Assembly: GCA_964016885.1 (NCBI GenBank)
Contig: OZ024748.1
Coordinates: forward strand, 27,280,001 to 27,344,000
Length of the DNA: 64,000 nt
Direction of reading: 5' to 3'
Origin: Eledone cirrhosa
Lineage: Eukaryota
Shown here: positions 28,459-43,667 of the stretch, piece by piece
How the letters are laid out: each line of letters opens with the position of its first letter
Numbering within the stretch: position 1 is the first letter of the stretch
Made by a program: the position numbers and the translations under genes
Notes under the pieces: generated by a model
The model's input: only the letters and a program-made list of their open reading frames with translations
Told to the model about the DNA's origin: nothing
The model's database searches: none

Positions 28459-28459
<1 letters not shown>

Positions 28460-28518
<59 letters not shown>

Positions 28519-28768
28519 ATCAGGCAATATTGCCAACACCAACAACAACACCAACAACAGTGAGAACACTACTATAAACAAATATGACAACACCAACAAC
28601 GGCAGCAACAGCGACAACAGTATCAAGAACAACACCAACAACAGTAAAAACACAGTCATGAACAAGACCGACAACAGCACCAGCAACAACAACGACAACA
28701 CCAACAACAACAGCAAGAACGACAACAAAGACAACAATATCAACAACAGTGACAACTACAACAACAGC

Positions 28769-28854
<86 letters not shown>

Positions 28855-28880
28855 AAGCAGCAGTAACGACGACAACAACA
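28460..28880. repeat. (ATT)n then degenerate (AAC)n microsatellites
   Basis: Direct reading. Confidence 0.9.
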
Positions 28881-29001
28881 CAGCAGATAGGAGCTGCCCA
28901 AGCTACATCATTTTCGAAGGCTGCCAAAAATGTTGAACGACTACGGATCAGTGACACGGAGATGAGGCTTTCTTGCTCTTGTGTTGGCATGTAAACCGAA
29001 C

Positions 29002-29044
29002 TGCAAACACTTATGTTTCTGGGTGATTACCCTTCATCAGTGCA
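29002..29044 (-). ncRNA. Minimal type I hammerhead ribozyme
   Basis: tgca-CTGATGA-a gggt aatc accc a-GAAA CA taag TG TT-tgca. Confidence 0.72.
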
Positions 29045-29295
29045 TTATACTGCTTACCTGCCAACTGTCAGAGCTAGTGAAAATATATATTTTCTAAAAT
29101 ACAAAGTGACTGATCCACCTGATTTGCATATTAGAAAACTGCCTGATCAGTAAATGTGGTTGGCGTTAGGGAGGGCATCCAACTGTAGAAACCAACAGTT
29201 CTGTATGAGCAAGACATGGCCATCCGACCTGGACAACTCGTCTAACCCATGCTAATATGGAAAAATGGACGTTAAATGGTAATGATGATAATGAG

Positions 29296-29340
<45 letters not shown>

Positions 29341-29526
29341 TTTAAGCCTTCATAGGCTGACTATGAAGAAGTGATCTATGAAATCATGCATGTATTAATT
29401 TCAGTGAGGAAGGAAAACATATTCCTGAGTCTAAAGAACTCACATGCCAAGTTTAAAATTGATTGATCCACTGGCTTTTAGGAGCATTGGAGACAAACAA
29501 ACGAGATATTATATAGATATACACAC

Positions 29527-29609
29527 CTGTGTGCATATTCGCTAGCTCTCGCCATAATCCGTGTTGTATGTTGTAAATATTGGTCAAACTTCTCTTCACA
29601 TTTCAGCAT
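29527..29609 (-). CDS. PLP aminotransferase, coding exon 9 (MLKCEEKFDQYLQHTTRIMARASEYAH)
   Basis: 83 bp, caacag/gtgtgt; phases fit both neighbours. Confidence 0.8.
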
Positions 29610-30086
29610 CTGTTGGATATAGAAAATAGTGATAATTCATACATACACACACAAGCACACACATACATACATACACACACACGCACACACACATACGTAC
29701 ACACACACATACATACACACATATGCACACACACACATACATACATACATACATACACACATACATACACACACACGCACACACACACATACGTTCATAC
29801 ACACATACATACATACACACACACATACATACACACACACACATACGTACATGCACACATACATACATACACACACGCACGCACACACACATACGTACAT
29901 ACGCACATACATACATACATACACACACACGCACACACACACACACATACGTACATACATACACACACACACACGCACACACACAGATACGTACATACAT
30001 ATATACGCATGTGCGTACGTACATATTTATGAACAATCTCTTTCACTTTCACACACACACGCATACAAACATATATATATATTTAT

Positions 30087-30660
30087 ATGGTGGCTGCCAA
30101 CTCGTTTTCGAGTACGGCCACTACTTTATATCCATGTAGGAGAACCCCTACCGATGCGCTGAACGAGTGTGACTTTTCAGTCTGGCCAGCGACTTGAAAA
30201 CTTTGGTACAAACACTACACTTGTGACAATTATTGACACATAGTGTCGACATGTGACGACAAGTGCAGAGAGATCTCCAGATATAAAGCAATGCCTGTGC
30301 CGTGAAGCTTTTATAGTGAGCAAAGGCACTGCACAAAGCCAGTCCCACTCTCTTAACCAAGATGATATTTACCAAAAAGAAGAACAAGTCATCATCATTG
30401 GATACCATCAGGGTTGTTGCAGGTGTTATATCAGAGTTTTCCTTCTCCTAGAATTCTGCCTTGTCAAAGGCTAAGGGGTCATCTCTCCCGGTGATTTTGG
30501 ATGGCCATTGACTCTTAAGAGTTCCTTTGCCCTTTGACAGGTTTTGTTTTTAGTCCTGCAGGATGTCCAAAGTCACCCTCCTCACCAAGAAACCTTGGTG
30601 GGGTTGCCAGTTTAGTCGCCAACGACCCGACCATGAGACAGGTTGTACTGGGATACATGT
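30087..30660 (-). mobile_element. RTE-derived non-autonomous element (5' UTR joined to C2H2 3' end)
   Basis: Reverse-complement match to 26165-26330 and 25460-25875. Confidence 0.65.
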
Positions 30661-30699
30661 TACCATATTTATATACATACATCCATACATACATACATG

Positions 30700-30769
<70 letters not shown>

Positions 30770-31043
30770 CATACTTATATACATACATACATCATACATA
30801 CATACATACATCCATACATGCATACATACATATATACGTACGTACAGATTATAGACAATCTCTTTCACGTTCGCACACACACACGCATGCGCTCGTGTGC
30901 CTGTACATTATTGCTTGACTTGCTAGAAATAGTAGTAAAATCTCATCCAACTATCGTCTTCAAGAAAAGATATACAAGGCACAATAATACACAGATAGGC
31001 AATAGTCGTGGTATTTGGGAGAAGGGAGAGTTGAGTCACTTAC

Positions 31044-31157
31044 TTTAGCTAAGGCATACTGGACCGGTGTACAGGCACAAGATACAGTGTTACTCCCTGC
31101 GCATTCCAGAATATTCTTTAATGCTATAAGTTCGTCAGGATAGAGATGGTACCCGAT
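31044..31157 (-). CDS. PLP aminotransferase, coding exon 8 ([10 protein letters not shown]...[13 protein letters not shown])
   Basis: 114 bp, cttatag/gtaagt; completes the GWRIG motif. Confidence 0.9.
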
Positions 31158-31301
31158 CTATAAGAGAAGTTAATTGAATCAATAAACATTGTGGTGGCCG
31201 GAGGCCATAGAGAAGTAGTTTGCGGCCACGTGTTTCAGATTTCCGAGCTTAACCAGTCTGCACGATCAGGTTTAATCAGCGCTACACAACATATTTCTCT
31301 C

Positions 31302-32665
<1,364 letters not shown>

Positions 32666-33228
32666 ATATATATATTTATATATAGTTTAAACAAGGTTTC
32701 ATCCACTTAACATGCATGTGCTAGCAATGGTTTCGGGGTCCAGTCATGGCTACGATGCGATTGAATAATGAAGGAGACACTTTTAAAAGCGCCCTACATT
32801 CAGGCACGTGGAGGAAAATATGAGAATGGGAAGTTGTTGTCTCTTGGTTAAATCTCTCTCCTAAAACTAGAGATGTATATTTGAAGTAGAGGAGGTAATT
32901 CTGGGCTGGAAACTGTATACGAATTTATCCAGGGTTATTTTGTCAAGTGGAAAATAGTTAAAAGAAAATAACACAAGGGTTATCAGGCAGTTAATCTATT
33001 GTATGTACCCCCCCCCCCCACACACACACGGAAAGGTGACAGGTGATGAATGATAAAGATTTAAAAATATAATAGACAAACATTTGCGCGCATACGTGCG
33101 CTAGCACATGTATAATTTTGCACACAATTTTACGGGTAGCTGTATATGCATACATGCATACATATATACACAGACACAATGCATGTACATACACGTACAT
33201 ACATACGCATATATGCACACACACACAC

Positions 33229-33389
<161 letters not shown>

Positions 33390-33429
33390 TTTATATATGC
33401 ATATATATAAACATGCATATTCACTCGAA

Positions 33430-34770
33430 ATTTGTATCTTTATTAGGCTTCACCAATTTTGAGATCTGAGATATAAGAGGTTGCATGTCTGCGTGTTCGT
33501 TGGTTGCAGTGTGATGTAATCTCGCTGTTTCTTTCAGCAATTCACGAATCTGTGTATGTGTGCGGTGCACTCGTTGAGGGGTACTAGAAGTAGGTGGTGT
33601 CATGGGTGGTTCAGGAGGTCCAATGAGATGGTGTTTTTCCGCGTGGGCTTCCAGTTAGATAATAATTGGATTTTTTTATGCCAACATGCCCTGAAAATTT
33701 CTGTCTTTCAGTTTAGGTACGCATCCAGTGAGTATAGACCCTGTAAGATCCTGAATTTCTCAGTTAGGCCGAGTGAATATTTTTTGCTCCCGTTTTTAAA
33801 TGGTGTTGAGTTTTCAAGCACTTTCCATGTGATGTCACAGGGTATTCCCTTTCCTTTAGCTGCCAGACCTTTTTTGCCAGTGCTGTGGTGGTTTTCATGC
33901 TGACGTGTCTAAACGAGGAAAGGTGCAGGTAGTACCTTTGTTTAAAACGGTCCTGGACAATACCTATATATTTTTCGTAGGTCTCTGGCTTGTTGGCGTT
34001 GATGTATTTGATCTTTGCTTAGGAAATTATGGATTAAACATTATAGATTACAGTTTTGCTGTAATGACAGTCACCTTTCTTCCCGCAAGAGCACCCTGGA
34101 TGTTCATGTTGTTTGTTCTTTGCAGGTATTTTCGATTTCATGGATGGGGCGTAAGAATAGGAAATTCTCACTGAACATCGATTGAAGATCTTACTCTATC
34201 TGTGTTGAGGTGTAAAGTGCTTATCTATAAAGCCTAAGAATTTCTTACTTATATTAGTTTTTACATTTATTGAAAAAGGAGGTACGAACTAGATTATTTT
34301 TCTTTTTCTATTATTATTTCTAGGCGGGTGGCTGTTAGGAATGTAATTGATATGTTCTTTAAATCCACTATCTCGGAGGGCCTTGTCTGCTTTTTCAAAT
34401 ATCTTTCTGCTGGATGATAAGTTCGAGGTACTGCGGCTAATGTTAGGTACTAGATTTTTAAATACCGTGGGCAGGTAGCATGATCCTCTATTGATGTATT
34501 TCAGTCCCTCTTTCGGTTTGTGATATGGTTTATTTGTGCCTGCTTGTAGGTCTAGGTTGATGTTGAGAAAGTTTACCTAGACCTGCGATGTGTAACTTAA
34601 CTCAAAGACAGAAATCTTCAGGGCATGCTTGCATCTAAAGACCCATTTTTTTTTTATCTAACTGGAAGCCTGCGCCGCTACACACCATCTCATCGGACCT
34701 CCCGAACCTCCCAGGAGTATCTAGAAGGAAACTGATGAGGCCATCACGACGTTATAGTTCTGTAATTCTC
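33430..34770 (-). mobile_element. Penelope-like element remnant with inverted pLTR
   Basis: Degenerate TTALAKKVWQLK...LTEKFRIL...KTEIFRAC on -. 34590-34715 is an inverted copy of 33600-33720, followed by a decayed hammerhead (ctgatgaggcc...cgttatagtt). Confidence 0.65.
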
Positions 34771-34978
34771 TCTAGTTTACATTCTTCATCCTTTCTCCAT
34801 TAACTTTGCCTTTCATCCTTACGGGGTTGATAAAATAAAGTACCAGTAATGCACTGGGTAATTGCTGGCCTTGTGCCAAAAAGTAGAAACAATTATTTCT
34901 TATCTTTCATAATTCTCCAAAATTATTTTGCTCCATCGATCCCATTCCCGCTTTTTTCTTCTCCTCTCTCTCTCTCTC

Positions 34979-35056
<78 letters not shown>

Positions 35057-35084
35057 CTATATCTATATATCTATCTATCTATAC

Positions 35085-35245
35085 ATATATGATAAAGAAC
35101 ACAAGAGCGTCTACAACATCAAAAGATTTTTATTGGCTTACAATGTTTCTTCCTTACGAATCCTACGGTTACGTAAGGAAGAAACATTGTAAGCCAATAA
35201 AAATCTTTTGATGTTGTAGACGCTCTTGTGTTCTTTATCATATAT
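35085..35245. repeat. Foldback (about 72-bp perfect arms) in TA-rich context
   Basis: Direct reverse-complement match. Confidence 0.9.
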
Positions 35246-35344
35246 ACGGCTCTGCTCCAAAGCATAGAGCTAATTATTATGCTGCCAATACCTTAATGGG
35301 ACACGGGTATACAATACCTAACTCCTATTAACATAAGTATATCT

Positions 35345-35433
<89 letters not shown>

Positions 35434-35585
35434 CCCCTCTCAATACTCATTTCATGCTTTAGACTCTCTTTCTTCCATTCTCTCCCTCTCTCCATTCTTC
35501 CGCTCAAACCTAACGTTTTGCTATACACATAGCATTCACCTGTTTACAGTTACCCCCGGCTGAGATAGCTACAAGTTTATGAAAA

Positions 35586-35650
<65 letters not shown>

Positions 35651-35774
35651 TTATAAAAACAGGGAGCAAGAGAAAAAGAAAGATAGAGAGATACAGTGAG
35701 AATGAGAGAGAGAGAGAGAAAGAGCGAGAGAGAAAGAGTGAAAGAGAAAGAGCGGGAGAGAAAGATAGGGAGAA

Positions 35775-35811
<37 letters not shown>

Positions 35812-35812
35812 A

Positions 35813-35862
<50 letters not shown>

Positions 35863-35863
35863 T

Positions 35864-35939
<76 letters not shown>

Positions 35940-36057
35940 TACCAATGATGTAACGAGGATCGTGCTTACTAAAACGAAATTGAAGAAGAAATGTTGTGCC
36001 GGGTAGACAGGAGAAGGAGAGAAGGAGGAAAGTAAATCGTTAATCCTGGCTACTTAC

Positions 36058-36123
36058 CCTCCACCCGCCTGCGCTTGCACACTTTGAAAGTCCAGTGGTT
36101 ACCACAGTTCCTTCTGGATAAAC
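36058..36123 (-). CDS. PLP aminotransferase, coding exon 7 ([22 protein letters not shown])
   Basis: 66 bp, tgtcag/gtaagt; PLP-lysine motif GLSKxxxxGGWR. Confidence 0.93.
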
Positions 36124-36173
36124 CTGACAGAATGAAGGAAATCGTTCGTTGAAAATTAGAACAGAGCTTGTGG

Positions 36174-36251
<78 letters not shown>

Positions 36252-36416
36252 GCACACACACACACGCACGCACACACACGCACACACACGCACGCACACA
36301 CGCACACGCACACACACGCACGCACACACACGCACGCACGCACGCACACACACACGCACGCACACACACACGCACGCACACACACACGCGCGCGCACACG
36401 CACACACACACGCACG

Positions 36417-36447
<31 letters not shown>

Positions 36448-36487
36448 GCGCGCACACACACACGCACGCACACACACACGCGCGCAC

Positions 36488-36588
<101 letters not shown>

Positions 36589-36607
36589 TAAATAAATAAA
36601 GATATAC

Positions 36608-36698
36608 CTTTGCCATGCAGACATGCTGATGATTATAACACAACCTGCCATAAATTTCATCACTCAAAACGAGGATGTTGTATTTCCGAAATACTTTC
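36608..36698 (-). CDS. PLP aminotransferase, coding exon 6 ([19 protein letters not shown]...)
   Basis: 91 bp, ttccag/gtatat; SDEIY motif. Confidence 0.92.
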
Positions 36699-37504
36699 CT
36701 GGAAAGATAGAAAATAGTTGCTATATTTCCAGTGTTAGTATTATTAGTTTAAATATTATTGTTATTATTAGAGTTATTATTAAAAATAAATTATAGATGG
36801 ATGGATTGGCAGTAATCGGTAGAGCGTCGGGCAACATGCAGGGCCATAGCTCCGGCCCTTTACGTTCCGAGTTCAAATTCCGCCGAGGTTAGCGTTGCAT
36901 TTCATCCTTATAGGTCTTTAAAATAAAGTTTCAGTAATGCACAGGGGTCGATTTAATCGATTTTCTGTTTCCCTTCAAATTGTTGGCCCTGTGCCAAATG
37001 TCGATACAATTATTATTGGCAGTATCGGTAGAGGGTTGGACGCCATGCTTTCTAGCATAGTTACGTCCCTTTCCATTCTGAGTTCAAATCCCGCCGAGGT
37101 TAACGTTGCCTTTCATCCTTACGGGGTCGATAAAATAAAGTACCAGTAATGTACTGGGTAATTGCTGGCCTTGTGCCTAAAGTAGAAACAATTATTATTA
37201 TCAGATCAATAGTTCTATCAGTACTGATATATCCCCAACTAACATTAAATCCCGATAAAACTCTGGTAAGGTATGGCTCCGTAACTCCTGATGGAGCCGT
37301 AAGGGCATCATAGCAGCATACGGCGTTTCTTCAGCATTCTATTCGACGTTCTAACTACTCTGCTAATTCGCCGCTTAAACCCTGTCGTAGATCTCATTTA
37401 AGCCGAAATAATGTTGTTACTTTAATGTTTTACCTTCTATAAACTGGTAAGTTACCGAATGTTACAATTTATTATAATTTGTAAGTCTTCTTTTGTCTAC
37501 TTAC

Positions 37505-37544
37505 GTGAGAGCTATGAGGTGCTCTTCATTATAATGTGTTCCAG
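37505..37544 (-). CDS. PLP aminotransferase, coding exon 5 (40-bp micro-exon, TGTHYNEEHLIALT)
   Basis: ttccag/gtaagt; completes NPDNPTG; phase 1 to 2 fits the neighbours. Confidence 0.85.
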
Positions 37545-37569
37545 CTGGAATAATAATAATAATAATAAC

Positions 37570-37623
<54 letters not shown>

Positions 37624-37624
<1 letters not shown>

Positions 37625-38098
37625 TGGTTAAAGAAAATCGGCCCCTTCACGCTTTTTGGAACGCTTCAAAAGGCATGCTTGCTTGGAACAGTAAGAACCC
37701 TCCGATACGTCCTGAATATCTGAGGCTGCAGGTAGTGGCTTGATATTCAATCCAACGGACTTTCCAGTTAACCAACATCAATGACTGAGATTCAAGGAAT
37801 AACAATAACAATAATAATAATAATAATAATAATAAGGAGGTAAAAAGGATTTGGAACTGCCATGAAGTCAAAGTGATCCCGATTGTCATAGGCGCACTGG
37901 GGACTATCTCCAAAAGTTTCCAGGGATGGTTAAAGAAAATCGGCCCCTTCACGCTTTTTGGAACGCTTCAAAAGGCATGCTTGCTGGGAACAGCAAGAAC
38001 CCTCCGATACGTCCTGAATATCTGAGGCTGCAGGTAGTGGCTTGATATTCATTCCAACGGACTCTCCAGTTAACTAACATCAATGACTGAGATTCAAG

Positions 38099-38157
<59 letters not shown>

Positions 38158-38880
38158 GGAGACCTTAAAAAGGCTACAGAAGGAATGCTAATGGCTGCGC
38201 AAGAGAGGCCCTCAAAACGAAGTGGCTGAAACACCATATTTACAAGGAGGAGGCTAGCCCACTGTGCAGGATCTGTGGAGAGAGGAGACTGTGGCTCACA
38301 TTGTATCCGAGTGTAAACACCTAGCCCAGACTCACTACAAAGGCTGGAGACATGATGTGATCCACTGGCACCTATGCAAAGTAAACAATTTACCACATTC
38401 TGAGAAGTGGTATGAGCATAAGCCAGAGTCGGTGATAGAAAACGATCAGGTGAAGGTGCTATGGGATTTTAGGATACAGACAGACAAGAAACTGGAACAC
38501 AATAGACCTGACCTGATTGTGGATGTAGCCTGCTCATTCGACACGAGAGTGCAAGAGAAGGAGAGGGAGAAAATTAACCGATACCAGGACTTAAAGTGGG
38601 AGGTAAAAAGGATTTGGAACTGCCATGAAGTCAGAGTGGTCCCGATTGTCATAGGCGCACTAGGTACTATCTCAAAAAGTTTCCAGGGATGGTTAAAGAA
38701 AATTGGCCCCGCCCCGCTTTTTGGAACACTTCAAAAGGCATGTTTGCTGGGAACAGCGAGAAATCTCCGATACGTCCTGAATATCTGAGGCTGCAGGTAG
38801 TGGCTTGATATTAATTTCAACAAACTTTCCAGTTAACTAACATCAATGACTGAGACTCAAAGAATAATAATAATAATATT
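37624..38880 (+). mobile_element. Three tandem 5'-truncated R4/Dong-like elements in (AAT)n
   Basis: CCHC plus RLE (CRIC..ETVAHIVSEC, RHD, RPDL, D..K..Y, VPIVIGALG). Copies at 37624-37797, 37836-38099 and 38158-38862 share a 3' end. Confidence 0.85.
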
Positions 38881-39531
38881 AATAATAACAATAACAAAAA
38901 AATAAATAATAAGGGTAATAGTAACAACAACAATAATAATGGCAATAATCATGATAAATTAGTTTCATCACAACACCGTGCATATAGGAAAATCTGACAT
39001 TTATAATGTAGGTGTACCGACAATTTTTAAAATAAGCCTCACTGAAATATAGATCATTTGCGGAGAACAGGACTTCTGCAATCTTTGCACCATGGAATGC
39101 TATCATCTCTTTTTCCTTAAAATCCAGTACTCAACTGCTATTTAAATAAAATTAATATTTACATTCGTATAGAATTTAACGTATATACTGTTTCGGTAAC
39201 GAAGTAGTCTGTGTACTTTATGATCAATATCTCTTTTTCCAAAGAATACTCCCCTGGCCAAAAAACGAATTCTTCCAATATTCGTTATTCCAATGATTTG
39301 AAATGCCAGGTACTTTTTCTTTTGTTTTTGAAACCATGGTAGGGAGACGTTTATATGAGTGAGACTTTCTTATTTTGGTCTGTCTGACTCACACTCCTCT
39401 AAATAGAGTTTATTTTGGCATAAGTTTAATATGTAAAATTGCTTTTCTGAGTGATATCTTATCTGTATATTTCATCCATTCATTGAGATGTCTAAGCATT
39501 AGAGACAAATAACCTTTTAATACATACATAG

Positions 39532-39623
<92 letters not shown>

Positions 39624-39661
39624 TAGTATTGGTGCTCTGAAATAGCGATGTACACATGAAT

Positions 39662-40129
39662 GTATGTATAGTATATTTGGCAATATACCGTATGTTTAAT
39701 TAAAACATTTAAAAGACCATTCGCTATCAGTTTTAAAGTAGTGACTATGTTACTTACTTATTTTCGGCAAAGGAAAGGAGAGTGGCTGACAGTCTGTTTC
39801 TCGCTGTTTGGCGTTTATGAAAACCACGCACTCCCCTGCCTCTGCCGAAAATTATAGAAGCTGGATTCTTATAGAATTCCAGTAATAATCAGGAACTGAT
39901 TACACAACTGGAATTCTATAAGAATCCAGCTTCTATAATTTTCGGCAGAGGCAGGGGAGTGCGTGGTTTTGATAAACGCCAGACAGCAAGAAACATACTG
40001 TCAACCACTCTCCCTTCCTTTGCCGAAAATAAGTAAGTGACATAATCACTGCTTTAAAACTGATAGCGAATGGTCTTCTAAAGGGTTTTAATTAAACATA
40101 CGGTATATTGCCAAATATACTATACATAC
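39662..40129. repeat. Large foldback (about 220-bp arms) with a U3-A8 hammerhead-like motif in each arm
   Basis: 39963-40008 (+): gtggtt-TTGATAA-acgcc..-GAAACATACTGTC-aaccac; mirror at 39782-39827 (-). Confidence 0.8.
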
Positions 40130-40184
<55 letters not shown>

Positions 40185-40369
40185 TGTATGAATATTTCTT
40201 TCTATTTTAAGTTATTAAAGATTACCAGTAACGTATTGGTGTCCATATAATCAACTGTTTCCTTGCTTTCTGATTTCTGAGCTTGTATTAGAACGCATAT
40301 GAATTGAAACAGCTTCAGATAAAATGAAAGTAATACGCCATTTTGAATATGTGAAACTGTTTTACTTAC

Positions 40370-40433
40370 TTGGGTTGTCAGGATTGCACAGTATCAGCAG
40401 TTTATATTTGGAGAGGGTCTCATCTTTCATTGC
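40370..40433 (-). CDS. PLP aminotransferase, coding exon 4 (AMKDETLSKYKLLILCNPDNP)
   Basis: 64 bp, ttctag/gtaagt; NPxNP motif. Confidence 0.92.
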
Positions 40434-40723
40434 CTAGAAAGAAACAATAGTAATATTCATTTTATTAAGGCTAAATAGTGAGTCTTGTTACTCTGGAATT
40501 TCATCTGTTTTTCACAGGGTCATCAGACCAGAACTATATATATATATATATATGCATATGTTTTTAAATATATATGAGAAGTATGGGAAACTCCAGAATA
40601 ACAAGACTCACTGTTTATCCTTGATAAAACGAATATTTAAACAATACTTCGGTATTGGTATTCTATTACAATTTAATTTTATAATTTTTCTAGTCCTTTG
40701 TTAACTTCGGTGGAGAGTTTTTC

Positions 40724-40950
40724 TTAAAAATCCTGGTTAACTTTCTGAAGAACTTTCTCGCAGTCGTCGGTGGTGATTGTCAAACTGATCTAACATTGCA
40801 ATGTGTTGGTGTATATATAAGGAATTTGGGCGTGTCTTAAAAATCCTGGTTAACTTTCTGAAGAACTTTCTCGCATTCGTCGGTGGTGATTGCCAAATTG
40901 ATCTAACATTGCAATGTGTTGGTGTATATATAAGGAATTTGGGTGTGTCT
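40724..40950. repeat. Tandem duplication of about 113 bp in a decayed retroelement
   Basis: cttaaaaatcctggttaactttctgaagaac occurs twice. Confidence 0.85.
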
Positions 40951-41669
40951 GGGAAGTGTTAATGAGAATAAGGGTAAAGGAGTGTTGATGAAAACAAAAG
41001 TAAAGGAATAAAAAAAAAGAGCAAAATAAAGATGCTTGATTAAGAATGGAGTTGGGAGGTGTTGGGGTGAGGGAGACGGATGGTCAGATTTACTGCCTAA
41101 AATGTCTTTGGTGAAGAAATAAGATAAAAATCAAAGTTTAAAACAAAGTTAATGAGTGTTTCAATTTTTGTTGAGAGAGCAGTATGTTGTTGTTGTTGGT
41201 TTGGAAGGGGTTGTAAAAAGGCCCTCATGGTGGTCATATTGCTCTACACACACACACACATATATATAAATGATTTCAATTTATCTACATATATCATTTT
41301 TAATACTTTACACATGTTTCTTTCTTGCGACGACTTGAGGTCGAGTGGACGCACTTTCTCTCTCTCTCTGACCTGTCCCAACACAAACATTATACCAACG
41401 GAGATATCTATTTCTCCGTTGTTACGAGTCATCTATTCTTCGCAGTCCTTTCAGTCAAATCATTGAAACTGCAGGTGGTCTGAAAGCTGATGAGTTTATT
41501 TAAATGTTTGTGATCTCTCATCCATTCTATTCCTTCTTTCCTATCAATTCATCGAGCCAACTCACTTCTAGCCGCCGATTTCTATCCTTCGAGGTAATGT
41601 TTTATCCAACACCGACGGCATTTTGGTGTTTTAACAAATTCCTTACGCAGAGTTTTTCCATTTTCCTAC

Positions 41670-41714
<45 letters not shown>

Positions 41715-41717
<3 letters not shown>

Positions 41718-42149
41718 CAAGTCCGCAACTTACGAACGAGTTACGCTTCAAAAGGTCGTTCGTTAGTTGGTTTGTTCATAAGTTGAACGTCTAACACAGT
41801 ACGTACCAGTAAGCCCATATATGTTACATTGATACCGCGAATATGGGTGATATATATACACAGTATATAGAGGTATATATAATTTGTAATAATGAATTTA
41901 AATACTGTAAAGCTAATGACAATAAATTGTTAAAGAAAAAATGTACTTTTTCAATTTTGTGAAAGTAGAATGGTATCCCATACAATAGGTACAATCTCAG
42001 CTGGTTTTTATGATGCGAAAGAAGGAACCTCTTTCTTATGCAGCAAAGAAAAGGAACACGCAAACCTCGTCCCGCGAATTTCAAATTCAGACAAATTCTT
42101 TTTCTTCGTAAGACTGTTCGTATCTACAGAAGTTCGTAAGGTGGGGACT

Positions 42150-42154
<5 letters not shown>
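41715..42154. mobile_element. Tc1/mariner (pogo/Tigger-like) MITE in (TA)n
   Basis: Imperfect TIRs cagcaagtccgcaacttacgaac / gttcgtaaggtggggacttacta with TA flanks. Confidence 0.65.
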
Positions 42155-42228
<74 letters not shown>

Positions 42229-42357
42229 GAGGTATCCACTGTAAGTTGTGGGGTATATTCTGTATGAAGAACTCAATGTAATCCATATGTTGAAAATGTT
42301 GTAGGTTAAGATAAATCTTAGAAAACAATAAAACATTAAAAGGAAAACAGTCATGAT

Positions 42358-42682
42358 ATAAGTTAAAACAATGAAATAAAAAATCAAGTTATTAGAGATA
42401 TACTTCACTGCTTTACGATCGTTTTTAGATGGTGATAATACATTGTAGATAGAGAGAATATTTACTTACATGCATATCACCAGCTGTTTTCAAAAGCAAT
42501 GCTTTTGAAAACAGCTGGTGATATGCATGTAAGTAAATATTCTCTCTATCTGATAGTTTGTAAACTTACATAGATCAATAACTGAGTATAGATACAATGT
42601 ATTATCACCATCTAAAAACGATCGTAAAGCAGTGAAGTATATCTCTAATAACTTGATTTTTTATTTCATTGTTTTAACTTAT
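42358..42682. repeat. Foldback with an insertion in the right arm
   Basis: Centre caaaagcaatgcttttg near 42499; arms match apart from about 40 extra bp. Confidence 0.85.
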
Positions 42683-43253
42683 ATATATATATGTGTGTGT
42701 GTGTGTGAGTGTGTGTGTGTGCATATAGAAAGTTCCCACTCGTACCATTTAGTAGATCATATCGATCGCAGTATTTACGTTATTGATCTCTATCGTGAAA
42801 TCTCTGTTACAGGATAAAATCACAGACACAAATGCAGACAGTTCACGTTTAATGATTATGAATTAACAATGGAGACTTTAATGATAACATCAAATATCAT
42901 GGGGAAACTCGTGGAAAACTGATAATAAGTCCAAGCCAGGTGTAAGATGCAACCACCACCCCGCCCAGGCTAGATGTAAAATGTGGGCCAACAAATCTGG
43001 TTCCCATAAAAACGTTGCTTCTTCTTCAAAATCGTGTTACTATGCCAACTAACACATCTGGCCATCACATCTGATCTGGTCTAATTCTAAGCACCAAGAC
43101 AGAACAAAGAACAGCATCAGTCTGTCTCACTATGGCGTCATATAAGTGCTTTGCGGCATGTAGTTACGTCCCTTTACGTTCTGTGTTCAAATCCCACCTT
43201 TCATCCGTAAGGGATCGATAATAGTACCAGTAATGCACTTGGGTCGATTTACC

Positions 43254-43284
<31 letters not shown>

Positions 43285-43332
43285 ATTTGTTGGCATTGTG
43301 CCTAAATTGGAGACCATTATTGTTTCTCTCAC

Positions 43333-43460
43333 CACTTCCAAAATTTCTGGTGTGAGCCTCCACTCGTCATCGGCGGTGGTGTGTAGAATCACGCTTCTTT
43401 GGTTGGCCAGCTGGGTCTGAGGCTTGTATGTGGTCCAGGACGGAGATATTAACAATATGT
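43333..43460 (-). CDS. PLP aminotransferase, coding exon 3 (DILLISPSWTTYKPQ...LTPEILEV)
   Basis: 128 bp, ttccag/gtgaga; PxWxxY motif. Confidence 0.9.
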
Positions 43461-43580
43461 CTGGAAAAGAGTAGAGGCGGAGGCGAGGAGGGAGTTACAA
43501 TTGGTGAGAAGATAGTAATCGAGTTTTGAACCAGAAGAAAGAACGAAAGAAAGAGAGATGGAAATTGAGAGAAAGAAAGA

Positions 43581-43624
<44 letters not shown>

Positions 43625-43667
43625 AAATAAATATGGTTTTATAAATATAGTTTCCATTTATTAATAT

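Noticed and set aside
28430-28994. Asn-rich protein ORF
   Set aside because: Intronic (ATT)n/(AAC)n microsatellite.
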